DNA of 64,000 nucleotides from an uncultured Acidobacteriaceae bacterium (GTDB lineage Bacteria; Acidobacteriota; Terriglobia; Terriglobales; Acidobacteriaceae). The stretch covers positions 745,579 to 809,578 of the forward strand of contig CAVXBB010000016.1 in assembly GCA_963759875.1 (NCBI GenBank), in the 5' to 3' direction. Positions 56,427 through 64,000 of the stretch are shown in pieces; the stretch's first letter is position 1, and every line of letters begins with the position of its first letter. The translations under genes and the position numbers were made by a program. Under the pieces are notes generated by a model that was not told the DNA's origin, made no database searches, and saw nothing but the letters and a program-made list of their open reading frames with translations.

Positions 56427-58320
56427 CTAAGAGCTGGTATGGATTGCCGGTATCACGACTTCGAACGTAGATCCTTTGCCAGGCACGCTCTCGACTGTGA
56501 TGGTGCCTCCCCAGTTCCGGACGGCATTGAGCGACAAGAACAGACCGAGGCCGGTGCCTCCCTGGCGAAGGCTGAAAAAAGGTTCAAAGATTTTTTGCTG
56601 ATGCTCCAGAGCAATCCCGCAGCCTTCATCGGTGACACGGATGTGAACTGCGTCACCCTCCTGAGTGGCAACATTGATCTTGCCGCCTGCCTTTGATGCC
56701 TGAATCGCGTTGAGCAGGAGATTGACCAGCAGGTTCTGCAGTTCAGCCTCGTCTGCCCGCACGTGCAGCGTGTGTGGGGGTGGCTGCACTAGAACGGTCA
56801 CGGAACTGGCGCGAGCCGTCGGCTCGACCAGCCTCTGGGCGGCGGCGATGGCCGCATTGACATCGACGATATCGGCTGCCTGTCGCTGTCCGCGTGATAG
56901 GCGGAGGAAGTGTTGCGTGATTCCGCGACAGCGCAGAATCTGCTCGCGTGCGATCGTGGCCTGCTCTCGGATTCTCGAGCGATCCTTCGGATCGTCCTGG
57001 TCAATTGGAGCTTCGCGAAGGATTCCCTCCACACACATCAGGGTTGTTGCCAGAGGCGTGTTCATTTCATGGGAAAAGCCCAGAGGCAAGGATTCCCACC
57101 GATGCCAAGCGGTACGACTCTGCGAGTTGGGCCTCCGCGGCGCGCCGATCTGAAATGTCGCGCCAGACCTCCACTACTTGGGTCAGCCGTCCTGAGGCGT
57201 CCAAGATGGGTGAAGCATGGATTTCCTCCCAAGCCACAGTGTCGTTGCCTGTTTTGCGTTCGCAAATCCGGACCTGTCGCGTACCCGCCCGCAGACAGGC
57301 GAGTGTGGGGCAATCAGACAGGTTACATGGCCCCGGCTCCAGCTTGTAGCAGCTGCAACCTACAACTTGTTCACGAGAGCTGTTAGCGCGCTGCAAAAAT
57401 GCGTCATTCGCTGCAATGATCTTTCGTTCCGCGTCGAGTACTACGATCCCATCATCAATACTATTGATCACAGTTTCCAGCCGCTCCCGCTGAGTACGGA
57501 CTTCTCCCACCAGGTTGGACACAGAGTCCGCCATTTCATTGAACTCTTTTGCCATCCAGGAGAGCGTGTCGGATCCCTCTGCAGGTACGCGGCGTTCAAG
57601 ATCGCCTTGGGAGATCAGGCGTGCCGTGTTCTCAAAACGCCGAAGGCGACGCAGCACCGAAACGCGGATCACCAAAGCGATCGCTCCGACAATGACGAAG
57701 GTAAGGGCGCCCGTTCCGCCGACCATCCAGCGCAGGTCGCGCGTCATCGCCGCCCGGACCTCTCCCGCGTCGTAATCCAGGATGAGGATGCCGTTGATCT
57801 TCTGTTGGGGATTGTGGCAGCGCTGGCATTCCTGGCGGTTACGAATTGGCACCACAGTTCGCAGAATGGTTCCACCTTTCGTCTCGATTATCCGGCTCGA
57901 GCCACGGCGTTCTGGCGGATCACGATGGCAGGCCTGGCAAGTCGGAGAGTCGATCCTGAACTCATTCTGGGTGATTCCCGGCTTGCTCGAATAACGCTCT
58001 GTGCCATTGCGATCGAGCACGACGAGCTGCTCTACACGAGATTGCTTGCCAAAGCTCTCGATCATCTGCGCGATCAGAGTGCGGTCATTGCCCATCATCT
58101 GATGTTCGAGCGCGGTGCGGATCAATTCGCCTTCGGCAAGCGCGCTGGTGCGGGCCGTGTCGAGGAGACTGTGAAAATGACGAATGGAAAAAACGTAGGC
58201 GGCAACTGTGCAGGCTACTACCACCGCCACCGTGACGCCCAGCGCGAGGCCAACGGTCGTGCTGGCAAAACGTAGCTTCATGATGACGGCACCAGAACGG
58301 CGTGATGATGGCACATGCAC
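56427..58320 (-). pseudogene. sensor histidine kinase with two CxxCH motifs, HAMP, Cys-rich PAS, HisKA, HATPase; one frame break
   Basis: ORF 57067..58320 ends ...RLASVGILASGLFP* and ORF 56427..57089 starts at (G)FSHEMNTPLA. Removing one C from CCC at 57079-57081 restores ILASGFSHEMNTPLA (H-box). Confidence 0.8.
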
Positions 58321-58435
58321 GAGTCAACGTCAACGACTGACAAATGGTCAGGGACTGCTGACATTGTGGCAGTCATCGTTGGGCTCTCCATTCACATATC
58401 TCCTGCCAGATAAGGAGTTATGGCTCGGTCAAGGG

Positions 58436-58451
58436 TGGCCTAGCAATTGCA
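58436..58451 (+). promoter_or_regulatory. sigma54 (-24/-12) promoter candidate
   Basis: TGGCCTAGCAATTGCA fits TGGCAC-N5-TTGCA with correct GG/GC spacing. Lies 31 nt before ATG 58482, next to an NtrC-type activator gene. Confidence 0.6.
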
Positions 58452-58481
58452 ATGCAAAACGTCATAAGGAGGGCCGCTACC

Positions 58482-58808
58482 ATGGAGATGCTACTGATGG
58501 GTTTGTGCGTGGCAGTATTTGGGGTCGGAGTCGCGGCGGCTGCATTTGGAGCAGCGACACGTTCGGAATCCCACGATTCAGCAGTGCAGCCCAAGCTTCC
58601 ATTGGCCAAGGCAGTCGCGCCGCCTCGCTTTTTCTCGGACAACGCTGCCACACCTGCAGCGATCCCAACCCCGCTAGTACCGATCGAGGTCCTGTTGCTG
58701 CAAATTGAAAACCATGTCCGAATGGAGCAAGCTGCCGCGGAATCGTTCCTTGCATTCCCCACACAGGCTCAGTTGCACAGCAAGACGAATTCGCCCTTTT
58801 GGAACTGA
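58482..58808 (+). CDS. small membrane protein, paralogue A
   Basis: Start at Met 58482, 7 nt after AAGGAGGG: MEMLLMGLCVAVFGVGVAAAAFG. The C-terminal VPIEVLLLQIENHVRMEQAAAESFLAFPT is shared with paralogue B. Confidence 0.6.
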   Translation: MEMLLMGLCVAVFGVGVAAAAFGAATRSESHDSAVQPKLPLAKAVAPPRFFSDNAATPAAIPTPLVPIEVLLLQIENHVRMEQAAAESFLAFPTQAQLHSKTNSPFWN

Positions 58809-59126
58809 GAGAGTGGCTCATGACGAGCGAACTTCTGAACGGTCTATCGCCCGCTGAAGCGGAGCAGGTGTTGAAGCTCGGCACCAGATCGGGCGACCGT
58901 ACATGCTAGAAGCACAGCCGGCGTCACACTGATAGCGAGGCCAACCGTGATACGGGCAAAACGCAGCTTCATGATAGCCACACCAAGATGGCTCGATGAT
59001 GCCACAGGCATAGAGTGGCGTCAGTGTCTGACAGATAGTCATGCTCGAACTGACAGGGTAGCAGCCCTGGTTGCGCCGGCATCCCCACACCGACGGCAAA
59101 GAAAAGAGTTATGGCTGGGTGAACGC

Positions 59127-59142
59127 TGGCATGGCGCGTGCG
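59127..59142 (+). promoter_or_regulatory. sigma54 (-24/-12) promoter candidate
   Basis: TGGCATGGCGCGTGCG lies at the position homologous to 58436-58451 in the duplicated unit. GG and GC are conserved. Confidence 0.45.
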
Positions 59143-59237
59143 AGGTGAAACATTCAAAGGGAGAACAGGATGAGTTCTCCGCTTGATTTGCTCGGATGAG
59201 TTCGTACCGTGCCTCCTGAGATTTCAAGGAGTTGGTT

Positions 59238-59618
59238 ATGCGCCGCTACAACATGCTGCTTACGGGGTTACTCATGGTCGGAGCGGGAGCGTACCTGTTT
59301 TGCGCAAGCCCACAAATCCTTCCGCTCTGGTTTGTCTGGCTAACCTCGTACTTCCTTTGGTGTGTCGGATTTGCTGTCAGCGCTGCAGGCGCTGCAGTTC
59401 CTTTGTTTGTCCTGCACGAGCCAGTCCCGCTGACTCGCTTCTTCACGGACAGTGTCGCTAAACCGACAGCTATGCCGTCGCGGCAGGTGCCCATCGAGGT
59501 CCTGCTGCTGCAAATTGAAAACCACGTCCGCCTGGAGCAAGCTGCTGCGGAATCGTTCCTGGCATTTCCTACGCACGACCATTTGCACAGCAAGACGCCT
59601 TCGCCCTTTGTGAACTGA
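59238..59618 (+). CDS. small two-TM membrane protein, paralogue B
   Basis: Start at Met 59238 after AAGGAG. Has two TM helices, then VPIEVLLLQIENHVRLEQAAAESFLAFPT. Confidence 0.6.
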   Translation: MRRYNMLLTGLLMVGAGAYLFCASPQILPLWFVWLTSYFLWCVGFAVSAAGAAVPLFVLHEPVPLTRFFTDSVAKPTAMPSRQVPIEVLLLQIENHVRLEQAAAESFLAFPTHDHLHSKTPSPFVN

Positions 59619-59630
59619 AGGGAGTGACTC

Positions 59631-60095
59631 ATGACGCATGAACTTCTGAATGGTCTCTCATCTGCTGAAGCCGAGCAGGTCTTGGCGCTCGGCGCCAGTG
59701 TAATTGTTCCCAGTGAAACCTCGCTCTTCAAACTGGGAGATCCAGCTGATCGCCTGTTCCTCGTGGAGCGCGGACGAATTAGGCTCACGCTGCCGATGCC
59801 GGTCCGGGGCCGAGAAGAAAACATTTTTGTGGAGGAGAGGAACCCCGGCCAGGCTGTGGGCTGGTCGGCCCTGATTCCGCCCTACCGCTTCACGCTCACT
59901 GCTAGTGCGGCGCCATCAGAGGCAAAGGTGATGGCACTGCCGCGGAAGGCGTTGCTCGAGTATATTTCTGCTCATCCGGCGGCTGGGTACAAGATCGCTC
60001 TCAATCTGGCAGTTGTCATTGGACATCGACTGCAACTATTTCAGACGATGTGGCTGCGCGAGATGCAGCGTACGGTGGAGGTGCGTTCGGCTTGA
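59631..60095 (+). CDS. cyclic-nucleotide-binding domain protein (no DNA-binding domain)
   Basis: 154-aa ORF: LFKLGDPADRLFLVERGRIRLTLPM...PGQAVGWSALI... typical cNMP-binding beta-barrel. Confidence 0.8.
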   Translation: MTHELLNGLSSAEAEQVLALGASVIVPSETSLFKLGDPADRLFLVERGRIRLTLPMPVRGREENIFVEERNPGQAVGWSALIPPYRFTLTASAAPSEAKVMALPRKALLEYISAHPAAGYKIALNLAVVIGHRLQLFQTMWLREMQRTVEVRSA

Positions 60096-60162
60096 CCCGC
60101 CGTTAGACCGGCAATCCGAATTCCGAATTCCGAGTGGTTCCTGCGACAAGGAGCGCAGTGAA

Positions 60163-60627
60163 ATGACCGGGGACCACCACCTTTCCCAACCCGAACCTAA
60201 GCGCCGCCGCGTGATCGAAATCCTTCTCGGTGGCGGCCTGCTTGCCTCTTTTGCCTCGTTCATCTATCCGGTGCTGCGCTATCTCGTCCCTCCGGCTGTG
60301 GCAGATCTCGGCGGAGACGAGGTCGTCGCCGCCAAGCTTGCGGAGCTGAAGCCGAACAGCGGAAAGATTTTCCGGTTTGGCAGCCGGCCCGGCCTGTTGA
60401 TCATGACCAGCGACGACACCTATCGAGCGCTCTCCGCCACTTGTACTCACCTCGGCTGCACCGTGCAGTATCGCAGCGATCTGCACGAGATCTGGTGTCC
60501 CTGTCACAACGGAATTTACGATCTCAATGGCCGCAACATTTCCGGTCCTCCGCCCCGGCCGCTGGATGTGTTTGATGTCCACGTGCGCGGCGATGAGATT
60601 GTCGTCAGCCGGAAGCGGGAGGCGTGA
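60163..60627 (+). CDS. Rieske [2Fe-2S] subunit of a cytochrome bc-type complex
   Basis: Start at Met 60163 after AAGGAG. Has an N-terminal TM helix and cluster boxes CTHLGC and CPCHNG. Confidence 0.9.
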   Translation: MTGDHHLSQPEPKRRRVIEILLGGGLLASFASFIYPVLRYLVPPAVADLGGDEVVAAKLAELKPNSGKIFRFGSRPGLLIMTSDDTYRALSATCTHLGCTVQYRSDLHEIWCPCHNGIYDLNGRNISGPPPRPLDVFDVHVRGDEIVVSRKREA

Positions 60628-61709
60628 CCTTGTTCGCCGCCATCGGCCGCTGGCTTGATGAACGATTCGATTGGGATGACCTCTTAGCCCCGCTCCGCCA
60701 CAAGACCGTCCCCACGCATCGCCTGTCCTACTGGTATTTCCTCGGAGGCATCACCCTTTTTCTCTTCCTAATCCAGGTGCTGACCGGAATTTTGCTGCTG
60801 CTGTATTACCGTCCCGGCGCTAACGAGGCCTTCGAAAGCGTGCAGTACATCATGACCCGGGTGCGGTTTGGCTGGCTGATTCGTTCCATCCACTCCTGGT
60901 CGGCCAATCTCATGATTTTTACCGCCTTTGCGCACATGTTCAGCGTGCTCTTTCTCACGGCCTACCGCAAACCTCGGGAGCTGACATGGGTCACCGGTGT
61001 GCTTCTTCTATTTCTGGTCATGGGATTCGGATTCAGCGGATATCTGCTGCCCTGGAACACGCTGGCCTTCTTCGCAACCACGGTTGGTACCGCGATCGCC
61101 GGGCAGGTCCCGATTGTCGGCCGGCCCCTGATGATCTTTCTCCGCGGTGGTCCAGGAGTGACCGGAGCCACGCTGACCCGGTTCTTCGGATTCCATGTCG
61201 CCGTTCTGCCCGGGATTGCAACCGTGCTGATCCTGCTGCACCTGTTGCTGGTTCAACGCCTTGGCATGAGCATCCCCCCGAAATTGGAAGTGCAGTGGAC
61301 CGCGAATCCCTCCGCCAGACGGGAAGCGAAATTTTTTCCCAACTTCATGCTGCGGGAATTGATGGCTTGGTACGCGGCCCTGGGAGTGTTGGGAATGTTG
61401 GCGGCACTCTTCCCCTGGAACCTCGGCGTCAAGGCAGATCCTTTTGCGTCTGCCCCAGCGGGGATCAAACCCGAGTGGTATTTTCTGTTCATGTTTCAGA
61501 CGCTCAAGCTCATCCCGTCCAAGGTGTGGTTCGTCGACGGCGAGGTTCTGGGTGTACTTGGTTTCGGCTTAGTCGCTTTGTTGTGGCTGCTGCTGCCTTT
61601 TTTTGAGAGTGATCAACCCTCACACATGAAACGATGGATCACCGGGGTTGCGGTTTTTGCTCTTGCGTACGTGGCAGGTATGACTGTCTATGGCTATCTC
61701 GCGAAATAA
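60624..61709 (+). CDS. cytochrome b (fused b6 / subunit IV-like)
   Basis: 361-aa ORF with 4-nt overlap with the Rieske gene, multiple TM helices, His-containing helices ([24 protein letters not shown]) and the PEWYF motif ([11 protein letters not shown]). Confidence 0.9.
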   Translation: MTLFAAIGRWLDERFDWDDLLAPLRHKTVPTHRLSYWYFLGGITLFLFLIQVLTGILLLLYYRPGANEAFESVQYIMTRVRFGWLIRSIHSWSANLMIFTAFAHMFSVLFLTAYRKPRELTWVTGVLLLFLVMGFGFSGYLLPWNTLAFFATTVGTAIAGQVPIVGRPLMIFLRGGPGVTGATLTRFFGFHVAVLPGIATVLILLHLLLVQRLGMSIPPKLEVQWTANPSARREAKFFPNFMLRELMAWYAALGVLGMLAALFPWNLGVKADPFASAPAGIKPEWYFLFMFQTLKLIPSKVWFVDGEVLGVLGFGLVALLWLLLPFFESDQPSHMKRWITGVAVFALAYVAGMTVYGYLAK

Positions 61710-62967
61710 GCTCCGACCGTTCAGCGCAGCCCATGTCGGACTGGCCGGCATCGTCGTGCTCGCAGCCTGCCTGGGTTATGGGCAAAGTTCTGGGCAAACC
61801 AAGAACTCTTGCCTGGATTGTCACTCCGCGTTGCCCGATCCCTTGGGGGTGACCCAGGAGAAGTTCAGCCAGGACATCCACGCACAACAAGGTTTGACTT
61901 GCGCCAGTTGCCATGGGGGCGACCCAACCAGCGACGATCCCGACAAAGCCATGAGCCGGAAGGCTGGCTGGAAGGGCAAGATCGATCGCAAGCAGGTCCC
62001 CGAGTTGTGCGGAAGTTGCCATTCGGATCCCGCCTACATTCGCCAGTTCAACCCCCGCTTGCGCACGGACCAGTTGAGCCAGTACCGCACCAGTGTGCAC
62101 GGCAAGCGCCTCGCGGCAGGAGACACGAAGGTTGCAGTGTGCACGGATTGTCATAGTGTCCACGATATAAGGCCGCCCAGCGATACCCGCTCCACGGTCT
62201 ACCCGGTGAACGTGGCCAACACCTGCGCTCGCTGCCATGCCGACGCGAGTTACATGAAGGGATATTCCATTCCCACGGATCAGTTCGCAAAGTACAGCGC
62301 GAGCGTGCACCACCAGGCGCTGGTGGTGCGAGGCGATCTGAGCGCGCCAACCTGCACAACGTGCCATGGAAACCATGGCGCGGTGCCGCCCGGAGTAGAC
62401 AAGGTCCAGAATGTGTGCTCGAACTGTCACGCTTTCCAGGCCCAGATGTACGAAAAAAGTACACACAAGAAAGCCTTTGACGAGGCTTCTCTTCCAGGCT
62501 GCGTCGTTTGTCACAGCAATCATGCCATCAAGCATCCATCGGACGCATACCTTGGCACTGGTCCTGAAGGCGTCTGCATGCGGTGTCATAAGCCCGGCGA
62601 CCACTGCGATCAAGCCAGGGCACAACTACTCAGTAGCCTGACTCAATTGGACGAGGCCATCAAAAACGCGAATCAAATTCTCCGTCTCGCCGAGTCTTCT
62701 GGTATGGAGGTGAGCGAGGCTCGAATGGCGCAGGATCAGGCGGGGGATTCGCTGACCAAGGCTCGAGTCGCGATCCATAGCTTCCAGAAGAACTTGGTGG
62801 ATGAGTATATTCAAGCCGGCCTGAAAATCGCCAACAAGAACCTGCAAGCTGGGAAAGAAGCCATGATTGAGCGCAACCATCGCCGTGTCGGGTTGGGAAT
62901 ATCCCTCATCGCGATTGGGATCGTGTTGGTTGGACTTTGGCTGTACATCAAGAAGATAGAGAGTTAG
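61690..62967 (+). CDS. membrane-anchored nine-heme c-type cytochrome
   Basis: 425-aa ORF with a signal sequence and nine CxxCH motifs (CLDCH, CASCH, CGSCH, CTDCH, CARCH, CTTCH, CSNCH, CVVCH, CMRCH), plus a C-terminal TM helix. Confidence 0.9.
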   Translation: MAISRNKLRPFSAAHVGLAGIVVLAACLGYGQSSGQTKNSCLDCHSALPDPLGVTQEKFSQDIHAQQGLTCASCHGGDPTSDDPDKAMSRKAGWKGKIDRKQVPELCGSCHSDPAYIRQFNPRLRTDQLSQYRTSVHGKRLAAGDTKVAVCTDCHSVHDIRPPSDTRSTVYPVNVANTCARCHADASYMKGYSIPTDQFAKYSASVHHQALVVRGDLSAPTCTTCHGNHGAVPPGVDKVQNVCSNCHAFQAQMYEKSTHKKAFDEASLPGCVVCHSNHAIKHPSDAYLGTGPEGVCMRCHKPGDHCDQARAQLLSSLTQLDEAIKNANQILRLAESSGMEVSEARMAQDQAGDSLTKARVAIHSFQKNLVDEYIQAGLKIANKNLQAGKEAMIERNHRRVGLGISLIAIGIVLVGLWLYIKKIES

Positions 62968-63465
62968 AGCTTAAAGAGAGCCTTTTTGTTTTTCCAGCAT
63001 AGGCGTGGAGTTCTCACATGGAGAATTGTTCAATCGCGGGTCAGCCACGGATCAGTCTGGTACAGTTGACTTCTTCTTCGCAGCCCCTTCGTGACATCAA
63101 GACAGCATGACGTTGACCGCTGTTTTTGCTTTTAGACACCTATCGGACAGTATTCCGCAGTTCCTTGGCGTATCCTCCTCTTCTTCATGACGGTCTCCTA
63201 GAAGATATAGTTGCGGTAACGTCCTGGCTGGAACCCCAAAGCAGAGTCCGCAGCGATTGTTTTTCCAACACGTCGCTCCGGCATTTTTCTGCGGGCGACA
63301 TGGCGCGGCGCTCGCCCGGTGTCGGCTACCCGAAAGTCATCCAGAGTGGGACGTGTGGATCGGTGCCGATAAGTCGGCTTGTAGAAGTGATTACGCGACT
63401 GCTCCGGTCGGGGCAATCCGGAACTTAACTGTTTCAATTACGGGTTCCAGAAGCAATGCTTCGGC

Positions 63466-63729
63466 TGTAGACGATTTTGTAGCTGTGAAAGCACACGGTT
63501 TCAACAGAATTCAACAGACTTCAACAAGCAGGCTGCGACAGGTTCAACAGCAATCACTTGGAATCAACAGAATTCAACAGGTTTCAATAAGCTTTGGAAT
63601 CTGGTTCGGGACCAGGTGCTTGGCCGCTTCAAATGCCGCTTTCATGTTTTATTGCAAGTTTCATTGCAAGTTCGGACCCACTTGAGAGCGCTCCTGCCCA
63701 CTTCAGAGCCTCGAGCGTGACCCTAGACT
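63466..63729 (+). repeat. 262-bp repeat with phased TTCAACAG motifs, copy 2 (interrupted at its end by IS110)
   Basis: Motif starts are 63501, 63511, 63521, 63544, 63564, 63574 and 63584. Ends at ...CCCTAGACT, where the IS begins. Confidence 0.9.
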
Positions 63730-64000
63730 GATGTCATAACGACGTCGGCCTCACAACGGACCGAGTAGACTTTGCGGGATCCAACCCAAAAGGCTCGGGA
63801 CGAAGGAGGCCGAGATGAAGATTGTAGGATGCGATCTGCACGCAAGACAACAAACCATAGCCATGGTGGACACGGAAACCGGAGAGTTCACCGAAAAAAC
63901 ACTTTCCCACGAGGGGGATGCGGTAAGAGCATTTTATGCAGCCCTGGAAGGTCCGGTGGTGGTGGGCATCGAAGCCACGGGATCCATGCAGTGGTTCTTG
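63727..64000 (+). mobile_element. second copy of the 46883-48321 IS110-family element (partial, runs off the window)
   Basis: 63727-64000 appears to be the reverse complement of about 48048-48321 (5' leader and N-terminal protein sequence identical as far as I checked). Confidence 0.85.
63815..64000 (+). CDS. IS110-family transposase (5' part only, window edge)
   Basis: MKIVGCDLHARQQTIAMVDTETGEFTEKTLSHEGDAVRAFYAALEGPVVVGIEATGSMQWFL is identical to the start of the 47160..48233 product. Confidence 0.9.
   Translation, partial: MKIVGCDLHARQQTIAMVDTETGEFTEKTLSHEGDAVRAFYAALEGPVVVGIEATGSMQWFL

Noticed and set aside
57217-58275. 352-aa plus-strand ORF opposite the histidine-kinase gene. The 328-aa ORF 61639..62625 opposite the multiheme cytochrome gene is a similar case.
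   Set aside because: These are shadow ORFs. The opposite strands carry clear HAMP/PAS and CxxCH signatures respectively.

Overview
Moderately GC-rich chromosomal window that looks like an Acidobacteriota (Terriglobia-type) genome. That assignment is an inference from gene content and two REP-like repeat families and cannot be verified here.

Layout:
1. 0-6.1 kb: housekeeping genes, including hslVU.
2. 6.4-13.6 kb: an exopolysaccharide-type operon (wecB, family-2 glycosyltransferase, bactofilin-like, deacetylase-like, YaiO-like porin, membrane protein). Its first ~5 kb carries about 20 reading-frame breaks.
3. 14.04 kb: tRNA-Arg(UCU), followed by a 747-aa catalytically inactive short prokaryotic Argonaute. 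It has an APAZ-like N-terminal extension but no effector domain, and it abuts a 5'-truncated efflux operon.
4. 17-30 kb: mixed accessory genes, including an uncharacterised two-gene cassette (helical HEPN-like protein plus a bare palm-domain nucleotide-cyclase-like protein).
5. 30.2-48.3 kb: an IS-saturated block bracketed by a perfect 319-bp inverted repeat. It holds two diverged IS1182-type elements, three IS110-family elements, one IS3/IS407-type element with a TTAC target duplication, and fragments.
6. 50.8-54.8 kb: relics (integrase N-terminus, IS110 pieces, ricin-type lectin domain with an in-frame stop) and a 262-bp repeat with 10-bp-phased iteron-like motifs.
7. 55-63 kb: a sigma54/NtrC two-component module with a CxxCH-containing sensor kinase. 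It is linked to a duplicated small-membrane-protein gene and a Rieske / cytochrome b / nine-heme cytochrome c operon.
8. Right edge: a second copy of one IS110 element.

No CRISPR array or rRNA was seen. Several isolated frame breaks sit in short homopolymers, so pseudogene calls are provisional.
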